64,000 nucleotides of DNA from the human T2T-CHM13v2.0 reference genome, Homo sapiens, in assembly GCF_009914755.1 (NCBI RefSeq), contig NC_060937.1. One strand, 5' to 3'. Positions 11,201-24,683 of this stretch are shown here, in pieces (the first letter of the stretch is position 1; every line of letters starts with the position of its first letter). The position numbers and the translations under genes were made by a program. Under the pieces are notes generated by a model, which saw nothing but the letters and a program-made list of their open reading frames with translations, had not been told where the DNA came from and did no database searches.

Positions 11201-13927
11201 TGTTCTTATTAATTACTTAAACATAATATCACCTTATTAACTATTCTGTATTAATCAACACTTTTTATATGCAATTTTATAAAACAGTAACTCAAAATAA
11301 TTTAGTGGAATGGAAAAAAAGGGAAGAGGGATTCCTGGGCTTGGGAAAGACAGTGGGGGTGATCACAGGGTGGAAGGACCTCTGCTAATTCTACTTGGAT
11401 TCAATGCCACCATGATACAATGTGCACCATTTTCAGTATACTTGCTTCTTTTTTGTTCATTTTCTTTTTTCATCCAGTGTTACGTCTTGCCTTTATTTCA
11501 CCGATTGTGGACAAACCTCCAAGTGTCAGGAAAAGTATTTTAGGCAGCTATACTTTATTGCAGTCCAAGAGAAAAAATTAAAGTTCTTTCTCTCAGGGTC
11601 CATATGCCAACACCAAAGAAGAGCTCATATTTCCACTTTTCGGATCGATCTCCGTTTGCTGAGGAATGAAATAATCTGATTGTCCCGGTCCGATCATGGT
11701 GCTGAGTTCTGTTATTTTCAGTCCTTCCAGAACAATGTAATATTAGGGATGAGTACTTTTAACAAAAAAAGGAAAAAGGGATTCTGTTTAGGCAAAAACA
11801 GTAGATGTCTACTACATCTGCTTTCTAGAACAGAGAACAACTTGGAATGGAGAGAGCAAAGCCACCCTCATGATAAAGGTGGTAAGATACTTTTTATTCT
11901 CACTACCCTTCATGCAGGGCACTGTTTCTCCATGCTGAGCAAAAATGGTCATTGATCAACAGATATTGGTATAGGGTTCAAATAAAGAAATTTCTGAGAG
12001 CATACTGTGATGTGTGTTATGCCAAGGAGGAGACACTTGGCAACAGAATTGATGGTGGTATTATAACAGGAAAAGGAAACATGTAAGGAAACTCATTGAA
12101 GGCTTCCGAATTTGATCACTTGCCAGTTGTGTTTGCCTCATTCTGGTGAAACACAAGTATATACATGCAGCTCCTCATTGTTTTAATATTTCTGATAAAT
12201 TTGATCATAATCACATTTGTTCTGTCTAGAAGAAAATTCACACAGATAATATTCCCCCAAATTGGAGAATTTTGAAAGAGGAACATCCTAGCCAGTGTTA
12301 AAACATGTCACACAAAGAAGGAGGATATCCAACAGGTATTGCATCAATATAAAGGAAATAATGCCCAAAAAATGTTTTAACAGCACTGTGGGCTTTTTTT
12401 TAAATTATAGTAGATCACGTGTCATTATATTTCTTAAAACAGGCACTCAATAAATGTGTTTTGTAAGGAGAATTTATTTAATTTGGCTCTCAATATAGAC
12501 AGAGCAATTGAAAAATAGAATCTGATAATAAAATGGGTGGCAGGTATATCTGTAGAAATTCTGCTACATTTCCTAGTGTGAAATGTAATTTATTCTGCTG
12601 GAAGCATATCACATTAAACCAAAGGAAGTCTGGTATAACCTAGGTTGTAATTCCCTGTGAACATTGATTTGCTGCAGTAATTATCTCCAATTAGGAAAGC
12701 AACAATAAAAGTCCTCATGTTCTTATCAAGGATTCATGTTGACAGTTCTCCCATTGGGAATGGCCATGATGGTGTTCAAATTATAACTGTGACTATGGAC
12801 AGTGTAGGTATGTTTTATTTTAGAAAACACCAGACTTAAAAGACTATAATATACAGGAATTGTCCTAATTCTATCAACCTGTTCCCAGGGATCTCATAAC
12901 AAGGAACTATATAGGTGCCAAAGATTGTTGCTGGTTGAGTAGTGGTTTTGGCTGCTGAACCTGGGCAGTTGTAGCCATCTGTTCCTCAAAATTGTTTTTA
13001 GAAATATATATAAAACAATTAGCAAGTTGGATTTCTACAGACTAAGCCAAGAAAATGCAATTCTGTTGAATTGGGTGCAAAATAATTTTCATTTTAGATA
13101 AAAGAGAAAATAGAATGGAATTTGTCAGAAGCTATTGTAGGTCAAAATTTTTTGACCTACAATTATAGGCAGAAAAAATTTGAAAGAGAGAGGTAGTGTT
13201 CTTAAAACTATGTAGGTAGTGAAAATACTTTGATACCAGTACCAAAAAAAAAAAAAATACTTTGATACCTCTACCAAAAAAATAGAACACAGAACAATAA
13301 AAAAGAACAAGGCTGAAGATGTAAATAAGGCAGTTTCTGTAGTATTCACATTATGTTCCCCAGGACACATTGCAATGAAAAGTCTTTATAAGAAGATTCA
13401 GTAATGTCACTTGTGAGTCATACTTCATACTGAATAAGGAGACAAAATCATTGAAACAAGCTAATAAAATTCAGCCCATTTACAAACAAAGTATGACGTG
13501 TAATCCAATGTAAATCTGTGGGACAGAACGTACGTGGCGGCTGGTACTAACTTTTATGTCATACACCACTTCGGATAATGAACTACAAACTGAATGCTGA
13601 AGAAAAACCTTGAGGATATAATAATAAGCATCTTAAAATAAAAGAGAAAAAGAGAGTATGAGAGACAGACTAGCTACCCAACAGATACGTAGATAATACA
13701 GAAGGTACTATTAGGCAAAGGTGCATAAATCAAAGCCCAGTGGACAGTAAACCCTAATGTACCAAGAATCAGTGGCCTTGTACCTATATGGTGTGGATGG
13801 ACAGTTGGCTTATCAGGTTTCTCAGACACAATAGTGTATGTAAAAATGTCACCGCTGTAGCCTTTTTTGAAATCAGTTAACAAATTGTATTTAGGGTATT
13901 TCTTACTGTGAAAGATCTACTTCCTTA

Positions 13928-13963
13928 AAAGCAAAGCAAAGCAAAGCAAAGGAAAAGAAAAAA
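13928..13963. repeat. (GCAAA)n / A-rich simple repeat
   Basis: Read directly from the sequence. Confidence 0.85.
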
Positions 13964-15064
13964 AGTATGTAAAGTCAGTTTCTCTAATGCCCAAAGAGTT
14001 ATTTGGTTGGGCCCAATATTAGCAATAAACTGTAGAAGTATAGAAGTGGATTTCTTGTTATATGTTTATATGGTTAATTCTAATTAATATAATAGATATA
14101 GCTAAAATATTTTTTAAATAAATTGTATCATTGTTTTCTCTCATACTTCTCAGGAGCATTTCAAGATATTAACAAGTAGCTTCTTTTTTTCCTTTTTTTT
14201 TTTAACATTAAGATGACTGAATATGTTTTTCATTAACTGTGGCTGATGGACACAGTTTATCAAACCAACTCTTGCTATTTAAATAAAGGAACTATATAAA
14301 GGAACTTCCTATATAAAAAAACTAAAAATTTCTCAAGATCCTGGCACAACATTTATAAATATCTGCCTATTCTGTATCTATGCCCTCATATCATGTTTTA
14401 AAAGAATATGCCAAACTGAAAACAAATTGAATTGTATAGGTCCACATTATAATTAAATTTTGAAAATTATACTTAAATCCTAAATAGGTTATCAGTGTGT
14501 TAACAGATAAAATCTGTTGGATAGTATATAACAATGATGACCTTAAAACATTTATCTTACATGTTTCTGCCACTTAGGACCATGTTTAGAATAATTAATC
14601 CCTAAATTCATGCAATCATCTTGCTTCTGGATAAAGTCACCACTTATAGAGACTAAACCAAATTAGATAATGAAACAAATTTTTTTCACTTAAAAGTTTT
14701 TAGCTTTCTGTTTCTCTGGACACATATCTGTGTTTTCAAATCAAGATGAAGAAAAAAACATAAATTGTTACAGAATATATTCAACATTAAATATTTTAAG
14801 ACTATATTAATGAGAATCTAAGGTTTCCTTGTCAATTCCATATTTGGGGTAAATATATTTTTAGACAGCACCTTTATTTCTTCATTTCTACTAATCTTGT
14901 TCCCATATTTTAGCCTGAGCAACAATCTTAGAAAACAAGATTTATTTCCTCAGTTGAGAGCTGACTACCCAAGAAGATTTAAGAAATATTTAAAATTTCA
15001 TGGCTGTAGTGACATATATATTAAGAAGAATTGTTGCTTTGTCCTAAATGTATATGATAGTCAT

Positions 15065-15809
<745 letters not shown>

Positions 15810-16299
15810 GTCATTATATCATTTGTAAAACCAAATAAGAGCTACTAAACAGAAATTGCGAAGTTATTACACTTTCAATTTCCTTACTACTGTTAGAGAC
15901 TGTTAATCATTTAATTATATCAAAAATATTCTTTTCTTATCAAGACTATTCCATTATCTCTGGTTTCCTTCCTTATGTTGATGTACTTGAGATAATATGA
16001 GACAAATTACATTCTATAAAACAAAATAATCTTGATAAAATTAAACTTGAGTATATGAAGTAGCAGAGACACATAAAATCATTATATTCCCTCTAGTTTC
16101 AAAACTCTTAAAGTTGTCTACCCTCCTCCATTTTCAAACCCATTACCCTAGACTAAGCCAGCTCAAGGTGAAATGTATAAAATGTACTTAGAAAAGTTAT
16201 TTCCATAATACTTATAATAAAATCTAAACTATTTCCTATGGATTACAAAAGAACCCTACCTGTTTTTGGTTTTGTCTATTGCGGACTGCATTTCTGATC

Positions 16300-17375
16300 A
16301 TTTTTACCTCTCCTAGTATGTTCCAGCCACAGATGCCTTCCTTCTCCTCATCAAACACCCTACTTTTTCCAATCCAGAATCTTTGTACTAGCTCTTCTTT
16401 CCTCTTGAAATGTCCTTTACCCCTAATCTCTGCCACCCTCTTGTCCTCTTTCCAATCTCAGCTTCAAAATCATATTCTCAGAGGACATTTTGCCAATATC
16501 TCTCATCTAATGCTGCCATTTGCCAAATCATTCTCTATTATATAACTCTTTGTTATTTCTTACTATTATTTAACAGTCTCTAAAATTATAACAGTGTTGA
16601 TTTATTTCTTTGTTAAATTTTCCAGACCTCCCCACCCCCAAGATAAAAAAGGTTTCATCTGTCTTGTTCACTATTGTATTCCTCATTGCTAGTACAGTGC
16701 CTGGCATATATTTTTTAATTTTTAATTTTTGTGGGTACATTGTAGGTGTGTATATTTGTGGGGTACATGAGATGTTTTGGTACAGGCATGCAATGCATAA
16801 TAATCATACTGTGGAGAATGGGAGTATTCATCCCCAGAAGCATTTATCCTTTTTGTTACAAACAATCCAATTATACTTTCAGTTATTTTAAAATGTACAA
16901 AATATTGTTGACTAATAGTTACCATGTTGTGCTATCCAATACTAGGTATTATTAATTTTTTTCTAACTATATTTTTGTGCCCATTAATTATCCCACCTTC
17001 CCCCATGCCCTCAACACCTTTACCAGCCTCTGGTAACCAGCCTTCTACTCTCTAGCTCCATGACGTGCAACGGTTTTCATTTTTACATCCCATGAATAAG
17101 TGAGAATATGCAATGTTTGTCTTTCTGTGCCTGGCTTATTTCACTTAACATAATGACTTCCATTCCATCTATGTTGTTGCAAATGACAAGATCTCATTCA
17201 TTTGATCACTGAATCGTACTTTGTGTGTATATGTACAACATTTTTTTTATCCATTCATCTGCTGATAGACACATAGGTTGCTTCCAAATCTTGGCTATCA
17301 TGACCTGTGCTGCAACAAACATGGGAGTTCAGCTATCTCTTCAATATATACTCAGTAAATAGCTGTTGAATGAAT
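16300..17375 (+). mobile_element. L2 3' region split by an L1 insertion
   Basis: ...agtacagtgcctggcatata [L1] ctcagtaaatagctgttgaatgaat reconstitutes an L2 terminus. Left boundary approximate. Confidence 0.6.
16711..17347 (-). mobile_element. 5'-truncated L1MA/L1PB-type LINE-1 3' end
   Basis: ttttttaatttttaatttttgtgggtacat...gtctttctgtgcctggcttatttcacttaacataatg...ttccaaatcttggctat. Confidence 0.9.
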
Positions 17376-17562
17376 CATTTAACATAGTAAATAAAACTGG
17401 AATTCAGGTGAGGTTCAATAGAAACTGTACAAATAGTATATGAATTTTGAAAAATCAGATAAAGAACACTGAAAAGAAGGGAAATGAGGATTTCAGGTGC
17501 AGGATTGCAGTCTCTCAACTTTTTATGACAACGCATAAAGAGAATAATATAAAAGATCAATA

Positions 17563-18060
17563 TGTTGGGAGACAATTCTTTATAGGCTGTTTGCATTTTT
17601 GCAGTTCTTGTGGCAGCTTGTTTCTCCTAGACTATCTTTTCTAAGATATTTGCATAGGCATTGTCTTGAAAGATAAAGTGTCTCTATTTGGAACCAAGAG
17701 CAGATTTGTTTGCTCTTTAGGATAATACAGATAATGTTTCCCTCCAGGGAAAGGGCTGGGCAGGTTTGCTAGAAGTTCCCTTTATAAGAATGGACACCTC
17801 CTAACCTTGGAATTCCTCATCTGTGGCACAAATTTGTATATGCAACATCCACCTGGGCCTCACATTGACCCCATAGGCTTGCAGGGGAAGGAGAATGATG
17901 CAAACCTGAGCTCATGCTGCCTTCAGGGCCATAAGTAATAAAGTTCAGTATCTCTGACACAGGAATCTTGTATCTCCTGCCAGTATATATAAAACTGTGG
18001 CAGTCTAACCTGTTCAATTGCAAACAGAGTAAGTTTTCAGAATTTTCACAGTTCTTAACA
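17563..18060 (+). mobile_element. Old ERVL solo LTR (LTR40-like)
   Basis: Starts TGTTGGGAGACAATT, ends CAGTTCTTAACA, ~500 bp long, AATAAA at ~17937. Confidence 0.7.
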
Positions 18061-18139
18061 CAAGGATGCACTAAGCTGATGTCCCAAAAAAAAAAAAAAT
18101 TAAAAGTGACCATATAGTTATAAATCTAATGGAAGTTAC

Positions 18140-18569
18140 TGTCAGGCCTCTGAGCCCAAGCCAAGCCATCACATTCCCTGTGACTTGCACGTATACACCC
18201 AGATGGCCTGAAGTAACTGAAGAATCACAAAAGAAGTGAAAAGGCCCTGCCCCGCCTTAACTGATGACATTCCACCATTGTGATTTGTTCCTGCCCCACC
18301 TTAACTGAGTGATTAACCCTGTGAATTTCCTTCTCCTGGCTCAGAAGCTCCCACACTGAGCACCTTGTGACCCCCGCCCCTGCCCACCAGAGAACAACCC
18401 CCTTTGTAATTTTCCATTACCTTCCCAAATCCTATAAAACGACCCCACCCCTATCTCCCTTCACTGACTCTCTTTTTGGACTCAGCCCGCCTGCACCCAA
18501 GTGAAATAAACAGCCATGTTGCTCACACAAAGCCTGTTTGGTGGTCTCTTCACAAGGACACGCGTGAAA
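18140..18569 (+). promoter_or_regulatory. LTR7-family 5' LTR of provirus A
   Basis: TATAAAA at 18433-18439, AATAAA in R. U3 carries a ccaccattgtgatttgttcctgcccc block that provirus B lacks. Confidence 0.95.
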
Positions 18570-18571
18570 TT

Positions 18572-18589
18572 TGGTGACGTGACTTGGAT
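18572..18589 (+). other. Primer-binding site for tRNA-His (2 mismatches)
   Basis: tggtgacgtgacttggat vs TGGTGCCGTGACTCGGAT. Confidence 0.9.
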
Positions 18590-19288
18590 CGGGGGACCTC
18601 CCTTGGGAGATCAATCTCATGTCCTCCTGTTCTTTGCTCCATGAGAAATATCCACCTACGACCTCAGGTCTTCAGACTGACCAGCCCAAGAACCATCTCA
18701 CCAATTTCAAATCCGGTAGGCAGCCTCTTTTTACTCTTTTCTCCAACCTCCCTCCCTATTCCTCAACCTCTTTCTCCTTTCATTCTTGGTGCCACACTTC
18801 AATCTCTTCCTTCTCTTAATTTCAATTCCCTTCATTTTCTGGTAGAGACAAAGGAGACACATTTTATCCGTGGACCCAAAACTCCAGCACCGGTCACGGA
18901 CTGGGAAGGCAGCCTTCCCTTGGTGTTTAATCATTTCAGGGACGCCTCTCTGATTATTCACCCACGTTTCAAAGGTGTCAGACCACACAAGGAGGCCTGC
19001 CTTGGTCCTTCAGCCTTAGCGGCAAGTCCCGCTTTTCTGGGGGAGGGACAAGTACTCCAACCCCTTCTCTCTGTGTCTCTACCCCTTCTCTGATCTTCTG
19101 GGGCAGGGGCAAGAACCCCTCAACCCCTTCTCCTTCACCGTTAGCGGCAAGTCCCGCTTTTCTAGGGGGCAAGAACCCCCAATCCCTTATTTCCGTGCCC
19201 CAACCCTTTCTCTGCTTTTCTGGAGGGCAAGAAATCCCCACCCCTTCTCCGTGTCTCTACTCTTTTCTCTGGGCTTGCCTCCTTCACT

Positions 19289-20500
19289 ATGGGAAACCTT
19301 CCACCCTCCATTCCTCCTCCTTCTCCCTTAGCCTGTATTCTTAAGAACTTAAAACCTCTTCAACTCACACCTGACCTAAAATCTAAGCATCTTATTTTCT
19401 TCTGCAATGCTGCTTGACCCCAATACAAACTCGACAGTAGTTCCAAATAGCCAAAAAACGGCACTTTCAATGTTTCCATCCTACAAGATCTAAATAATTC
19501 TTGTCGTAAAATAGGCAAATGATCTGAGGTGCCTGACGTCCAGGCATTCTTTTACACATCAGTACCTTCCTAGTCTCTGTGCCCAGTGCAACTCGTCCCA
19601 AGTCTTCCTTCTTTCCCTCCCACCTGTCCCCTCAGTCCCAATCCCAAGCGTCGCTGAGTCTTTCTAATCTTCCTTTTCTACAGACCCATCTGACCTCTCG
19701 CCTCCTCGCCAGGCCAAGCTAGTTCCCAATTCTTCCTCAGCCTCCGCTCCTCCACCCTATAATCTTTTTATCGCCTCCCCTCCTCACACCTGGTCTGGCT
19801 TACAGTTTCGTTCTGTGACTAGCCCTCCACCACCTGCCCAGCAATTTACTCTTAAAAAGGTTGCTGGAGCCAAAGGCATAGTCAAGATTAATGCTCCTTT
19901 TTCTTTATCCCAAATCAGAAGTGTTTAGGCTCTTTTTCATCAAATATAAAAACCCAGCCCAGTTCATGGCTTGTTCGGCAGCAACCCTGAGACACTTTAC
20001 AGCCCTAGACCATAAGAGGTCGAAAGGCCATCTTATTCTCAATATACATTTTATTACCCAATCTGCTCCCCACATTAAACTCCAAAAATTGGAATCTGGC
20101 CCTCAAACCCCACAACAGGACTTAATTAACCTCACCTTCAAGGTGTACAATAATAAAAAAAAAGTTGCAATTCCTTGCCTCCACTGAGAGACAAACCCCA
20201 GCCACATCTCCAGCACACAAGAACTTCCAAACGCCTGAACCGCAGCAGCCAGGCATTCCTCCAGAACCTCCTCCCCCAGGAGCTTGCTACACATGCCGGA
20301 AATCTGGCCACTGGGCCAAGGAATGCCCACAGCCCGGGATTCCTCCTAAGCCACGTCCCATCTGTGTGGGACCCCGTTGAAAATCGGATTGTTCAACTCA
20401 CCTGGCAGCCACTCCCAAAGCCCCTGGAACTCTGGCCCAAGGCTCTCTGACTGACTCCTTCCCAGATCTTCTCCACTGAATGGCTGAAGACTGATGCTGC
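19289..20500 (+). pseudogene. gag: HERV-H gag remnant (provirus A)
   Basis: ATG GGA AAC CTT CCA CCC (MGNLPP) start. CX2CX4HX4C zinc knuckle [14 protein letters not shown] at 20285-20326. Multiple stops and frameshifts. Confidence 0.85.
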
Positions 20501-20559
20501 CCGATCGCCTTGGAAGCCCCATAGACCATCACGGACGCTGAGCTTAGGTAACTCTCACA

Positions 20560-20860
20560 GTGGAGGGTAAGTCCGTTCTCTTCTTAATCAATATGGAGGC
20601 TACCCACTCCACATTACCTTATTTTCAAGGGCCTGTTTCCCTTGCCTCCATAACTGTTGTGGGTATTGACGGCCAGGCTTCTAAACCTCTTAAAACTCCC
20701 CAACTCTGGTGCCAACTTAGACAATACTCTTTTAAGCACTCTTTTTTAGTTATCCCCACCTGCCCAGTTCCCTTATTAGGCCAAGATATTTTAACCAAAT
20801 TATCTGCTTCCCTGACTATTCCTGGACTACAGCTGCATCTCATTGCTGCCTTCTTCCCAA
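20560..20860 (+). pseudogene. pro: HERV-H protease remnant (provirus A)
   Basis: FLINMEATHS at the DTGA position, VVGIDG flap, PLLGQDIL motif. Confidence 0.85.
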
Positions 20861-20899
20861 TCCAAAGCCTCCTTTGCATCCTCCCTTTGTATCTCCCCA

Positions 20900-22660
20900 C
20901 CTTAACCCACAAGTATAAGATACCTCTACTCCCTCCTTGGTGACCGATCATGCACCCCTTACCATCTCATTAAAACCTAATCACCCTTACCCCACTCAAT
21001 GTCAAGATCCCATCTAACAGCACGCTTTAAAAGGATTAAAGCCTGTTATCACTCACCTGCTACAGCATGGCCTTTTAAAGCCTATAAACTCTCCTTACAA
21101 TTCCCCCATTTTACCTGTCCTAAAACCAGACAAGCCTTATAAGTTAGTTCAGGATCTATGCCTTATCAACCAAATTGTTTTGCCTATCCACCCAGTGGTG
21201 CCAAACCCATATACTCTCCTATCCTCAATACCTCCCTCCACAACCTGTTATTCTGTTCTAGATCTCAAACATGGTTTCTTTACTATTCCTTTGCACCCCT
21301 CATCCCAGCCTCTCTTCGCTTTCACTTGGACTGACCCTGACACCCATTAGGCTCAGCAAATTACCTGGGCTGTACTGCTGCAAAGCTTCACAGACAGCCC
21401 CCATTACTTCAGTCAAGCCCAAATTTCATCCTCATCTGTTACCTATCTCAGCATAATTCTCATAAAAACACACGTGCTCTCCCTGCTGATCGTGTCTGAT
21501 TAATCTCCCAAACCTCAATCCCTTACAAAACAACTCCTTTCCTTCCTAGGCATAGTTAGTGTGGTCAGAATTCTTACACAAGAGCCAGGACCACACCCTG
21601 TAGCCTTTCTTTCCAAACAACTTGACCTTACTGTTTTAGCCTAGCCCTCACGTCTGCGTGCAGTGGCTGCCACTGCTTTAATACTTTTAGAAGCCCTCAA
21701 AATCACAAACTATGCTCAACTCACTCTGTACAGTTCTCATAACTTCCAAAATCTATTTTCTTCCTCATACCTGACGCATATACTTTCTGCTGTACTCACT
21801 CTTTGTTAAGTCCCACAATTACCATTGTTCCTGGCCTGGACTTCAATCCAGCCTCCCACATTATTCCTGATACCACACCTGACACCCATGACTGTATCTC
21901 TCTGATCCACCTGATATTCACCCCATTTCCCCATATTTCCTTCTTTCCTGTTCCTCACCCTGATCACGCTTGATTTATTGATGGCATTTCCACCAGGCCT
22001 AATCGCCACACAACAGCAAAGGCAGGTTATGCTATAGTACGAGCCACTAGCCCACCTCTTAGAACCTTTCGTTTCCTTTCCATCGTAGAAATCTATCCTC
22101 AAGGAAATAACTTCTCAGTGTTCCATCTGCTATTCTACTACTCCTCATGGATTATTCTGGCCCCCTCCCTTCCCTACACATCAAGCTCGAGGATTTGCCC
22201 CCACCCAGGACTGGCAAATTAGCTTTACTCAACATGCCCCGAGTCAGGAAACTAAAATACCTCTTAGTCTAAATAGACACTTTCATTGAATAAGTAAAGG
22301 CCTTTCCTACAGGGTCTGAGAAGGCCACCTCAGTCATTTCTTCCCTTCTGTCAGACATAATTCCTCAGTTTAGCCTTCCCACCTCTATACAGTCTGATAA
22401 CAGACCAGCCTTTATTAGTCAAATCAGCCAAGCAGTTTTTCAGGCTGTTAGTATTCAGTGAAGCCTTTATATCCCTTATGGTCCTCCATCTTCAGGAAAA
22501 GTAGAATGGACTAAAGGTCTTTCAAAAACACACCTCACCAAGCTCAGCCACCAACTTAAAAAGGACTGGACAATACTTTTACCACTTTCCCTTCTCAGAA
22601 GTCAGACCTGTCCTCAGAATGCTACAGGGTACAGCCTATTTGAGCTCCTTTTTATTAGGC
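20900..22660 (+). pseudogene. pol: HERV-H pol remnant (RT/RNaseH/IN) with deletions (provirus A)
   Basis: SPYNSPILPV and LDLKHGFF RT motifs, QSDN integrase motif. I did not find YxDD. Many stops. Confidence 0.85.
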
Positions 22661-22899
22661 CCCAGTCTCATTCCAGACACCAGACCAACTTAGACTATGC
22701 CCCCCAAAAAAACTTGTCATCCCTACTATTTTCTGTCTATTCATACTCCTATTCTCCATTCTCAACTACTCATACATGCCCTGCTCTTGTTTACACTGCC
22801 GGTTTACACTGTTTCTCCAAGCCATCACAGCTGATATCTCCTGGTGCTATCCCCAAACTGCCACTCTTAACTCTTGAAGTAAATACATAATCTTTGCTG

Positions 22900-23125
22900 G
22901 CAGGACTATGCTGAATCTCCTTAGGCACTCTCTAATCAGATGTTCTAGGTCCTCCCAATTCTTAGACCTTTTATACCTGTTTTTCTCCTTCTCTTATTCC
23001 ATTTAGTTTTTCAATTCATACAAAACCATATCCAGGCCATCACCAATAATTCTAAATGACAAATGTTTCTTCTAACAACCCCACAATATCGCCCCTTACC
23101 ACAAAATCTTCCTTCAGCTTAATCT
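22900..23125 (+). pseudogene. env: HERV-H env TM C-terminal remnant (provirus A)
   Basis: Encodes an FIQNHIQAITNNS..QMFLLTTPQY-like tail. Most of env is deleted. Confidence 0.7.
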
Positions 23126-23284
23126 CTCCCACTCTAGGTTCCCACGCTGCCCCTAATCCCGCTTGAAGCAGCCCTGAGAAACATCGTCCATTCTCTCTCC
23201 ATACCATCCCCCAGAAATTTTCGGCGCCCCACCACTTCAACACTATTTTGTTTTATTTTTCTTATTAATATAAGAAGGCAGGAA

Positions 23285-23720
23285 TGTCAGGCCTCTGAGC
23301 CCAAGCCAAGCCATTGCATCCCCTGTGACTTGCACGTATATATGCCCAGATGGCCTGAAGTAACTGAAGAATCACAAAAGAAATGAAAAGGCCCTGCCCC
23401 GCCTTAACTGATGACATTCCACCATTGTGATTTGTTCCTGCCCCACCTTAACTGAGTGATTAACCCTGTGAATTTCCTTCTCCTGGCTCAGAAGCTCCCA
23501 CACTGAGCACCTTGTGACCCCCGCCCCTGCCCACCAGAGAACAACCCCCTTTGACTGTAGTTTTCCATTACCTTCCCAAATCCTATAAAATGGCCTCACC
23601 CCTATCTCCCTTCACTGACTCTCTTTTTGGACTCAGCCCGCCTGCACCCAGGTGAAATAAACAGCCATGTTGCTCACACAAAGCCTGTTTGGTGGTCTCT
23701 TCACACGGACGTGCATGAAA
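23285..23720 (+). promoter_or_regulatory. LTR7-family 3' LTR of provirus A (poly(A) signal AATAAA 23656-23661)
   Basis: Preceded by PPT aagaaggcaggaa (23272-23284). About 15 substitutions and 2 indels vs the 5' LTR, counted by eye. Confidence 0.95.
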
Positions 23721-24683
23721 ATTACCATTAGTAATGCCACTGATTGAATGGTTTTTAAAACATAACCCTGGGTTACACATTCCCTGTGTACTAAATCCAG
23801 TCAGCGACAATGACCCCTGCTTCTCCTATGGTCTGCTCTAATCTGAGTTTCAAAGCTCTATTGATCTTCACATTCATACTAGAATTCTTTCTTAGCAGGC
23901 CAGAGCTCGAACTAGGATCCTTTCTTCCCCAGATTCTCCCACCAACTCTACCTTTTACAATTTTCTTTTAAAAATCCAAAAAAGAATTGATATGAGTTAA
24001 ATGTGTCAAATTTAGTAAAACTTTAAGCACTATGTCCAGAGCATTGCACACACACACACATATATATATGGCTTGTTAAATTTAAAATGAAGCATGTAAA
24101 GTTTTTTAAAGTAAAAACAGAATTTGGAAAGAATGAAAATTCTGCAATTATTAAGTTTTCTGAAGAAAATATTTGAAATCTGCTGGTGTTTGCTCAAGAA
24201 ACATTTGTTAAATATCTACAAATTATATACCTATGTCACACCATGCATTTGCTCTGCATAGAAATCTGCAGATTACCTAATTCTTAAACTGTTCTTGCTG
24301 TCATGTAAATAGTTATTTACAGCCTTTCTAAGCTGAGTAGTGTTCTAGGTACTGGCCACTGGGCAATGCACAAAACAAATGCAAATGTCTGCTCTCCAGC
24401 AGTTTAAATTCTAGTGAAGTGATGGAATATAGAGCAGGGGAAAGGACAGTAAGGGTCCCAGATAATAAACAAATACATGAAAAACATGTAGTTTGCAAGA
24501 GGATGATAAGTGGTAGGGAACATTGGAAAGATAGATGCAATTTTATAATGAATAGTCAGGAAAGTGTCAATGAGTTTCACTGTCTAATGAATGAAACAGA
24601 ATTTTTTTTTTTTTTCGAAACAGACTTCTAAAAGAATAAGTGCAATAAGTTTTCAAAAGTGCAGGATGACATCCCAGTTACCT

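Larger units (their letters stand above)
18140..23720 (+). mobile_element. HERV-H provirus A (LTR7-int-LTR7, common internally deleted non-autonomous form, 5581 bp)
   Basis: Two LTRs (TGTCAGGCC...TGAAA), His PBS, gag/pro/pol/env remnants and PPT. TSD gttac (18135-18139) / attac (23721-23725), one mismatch. Confidence 0.98.

Noticed and set aside
11680-11710. REST/RE1 site (TCAGCACC half-site on the minus strand)
   Set aside because: The right half-site and spacing do not fit well enough to call.
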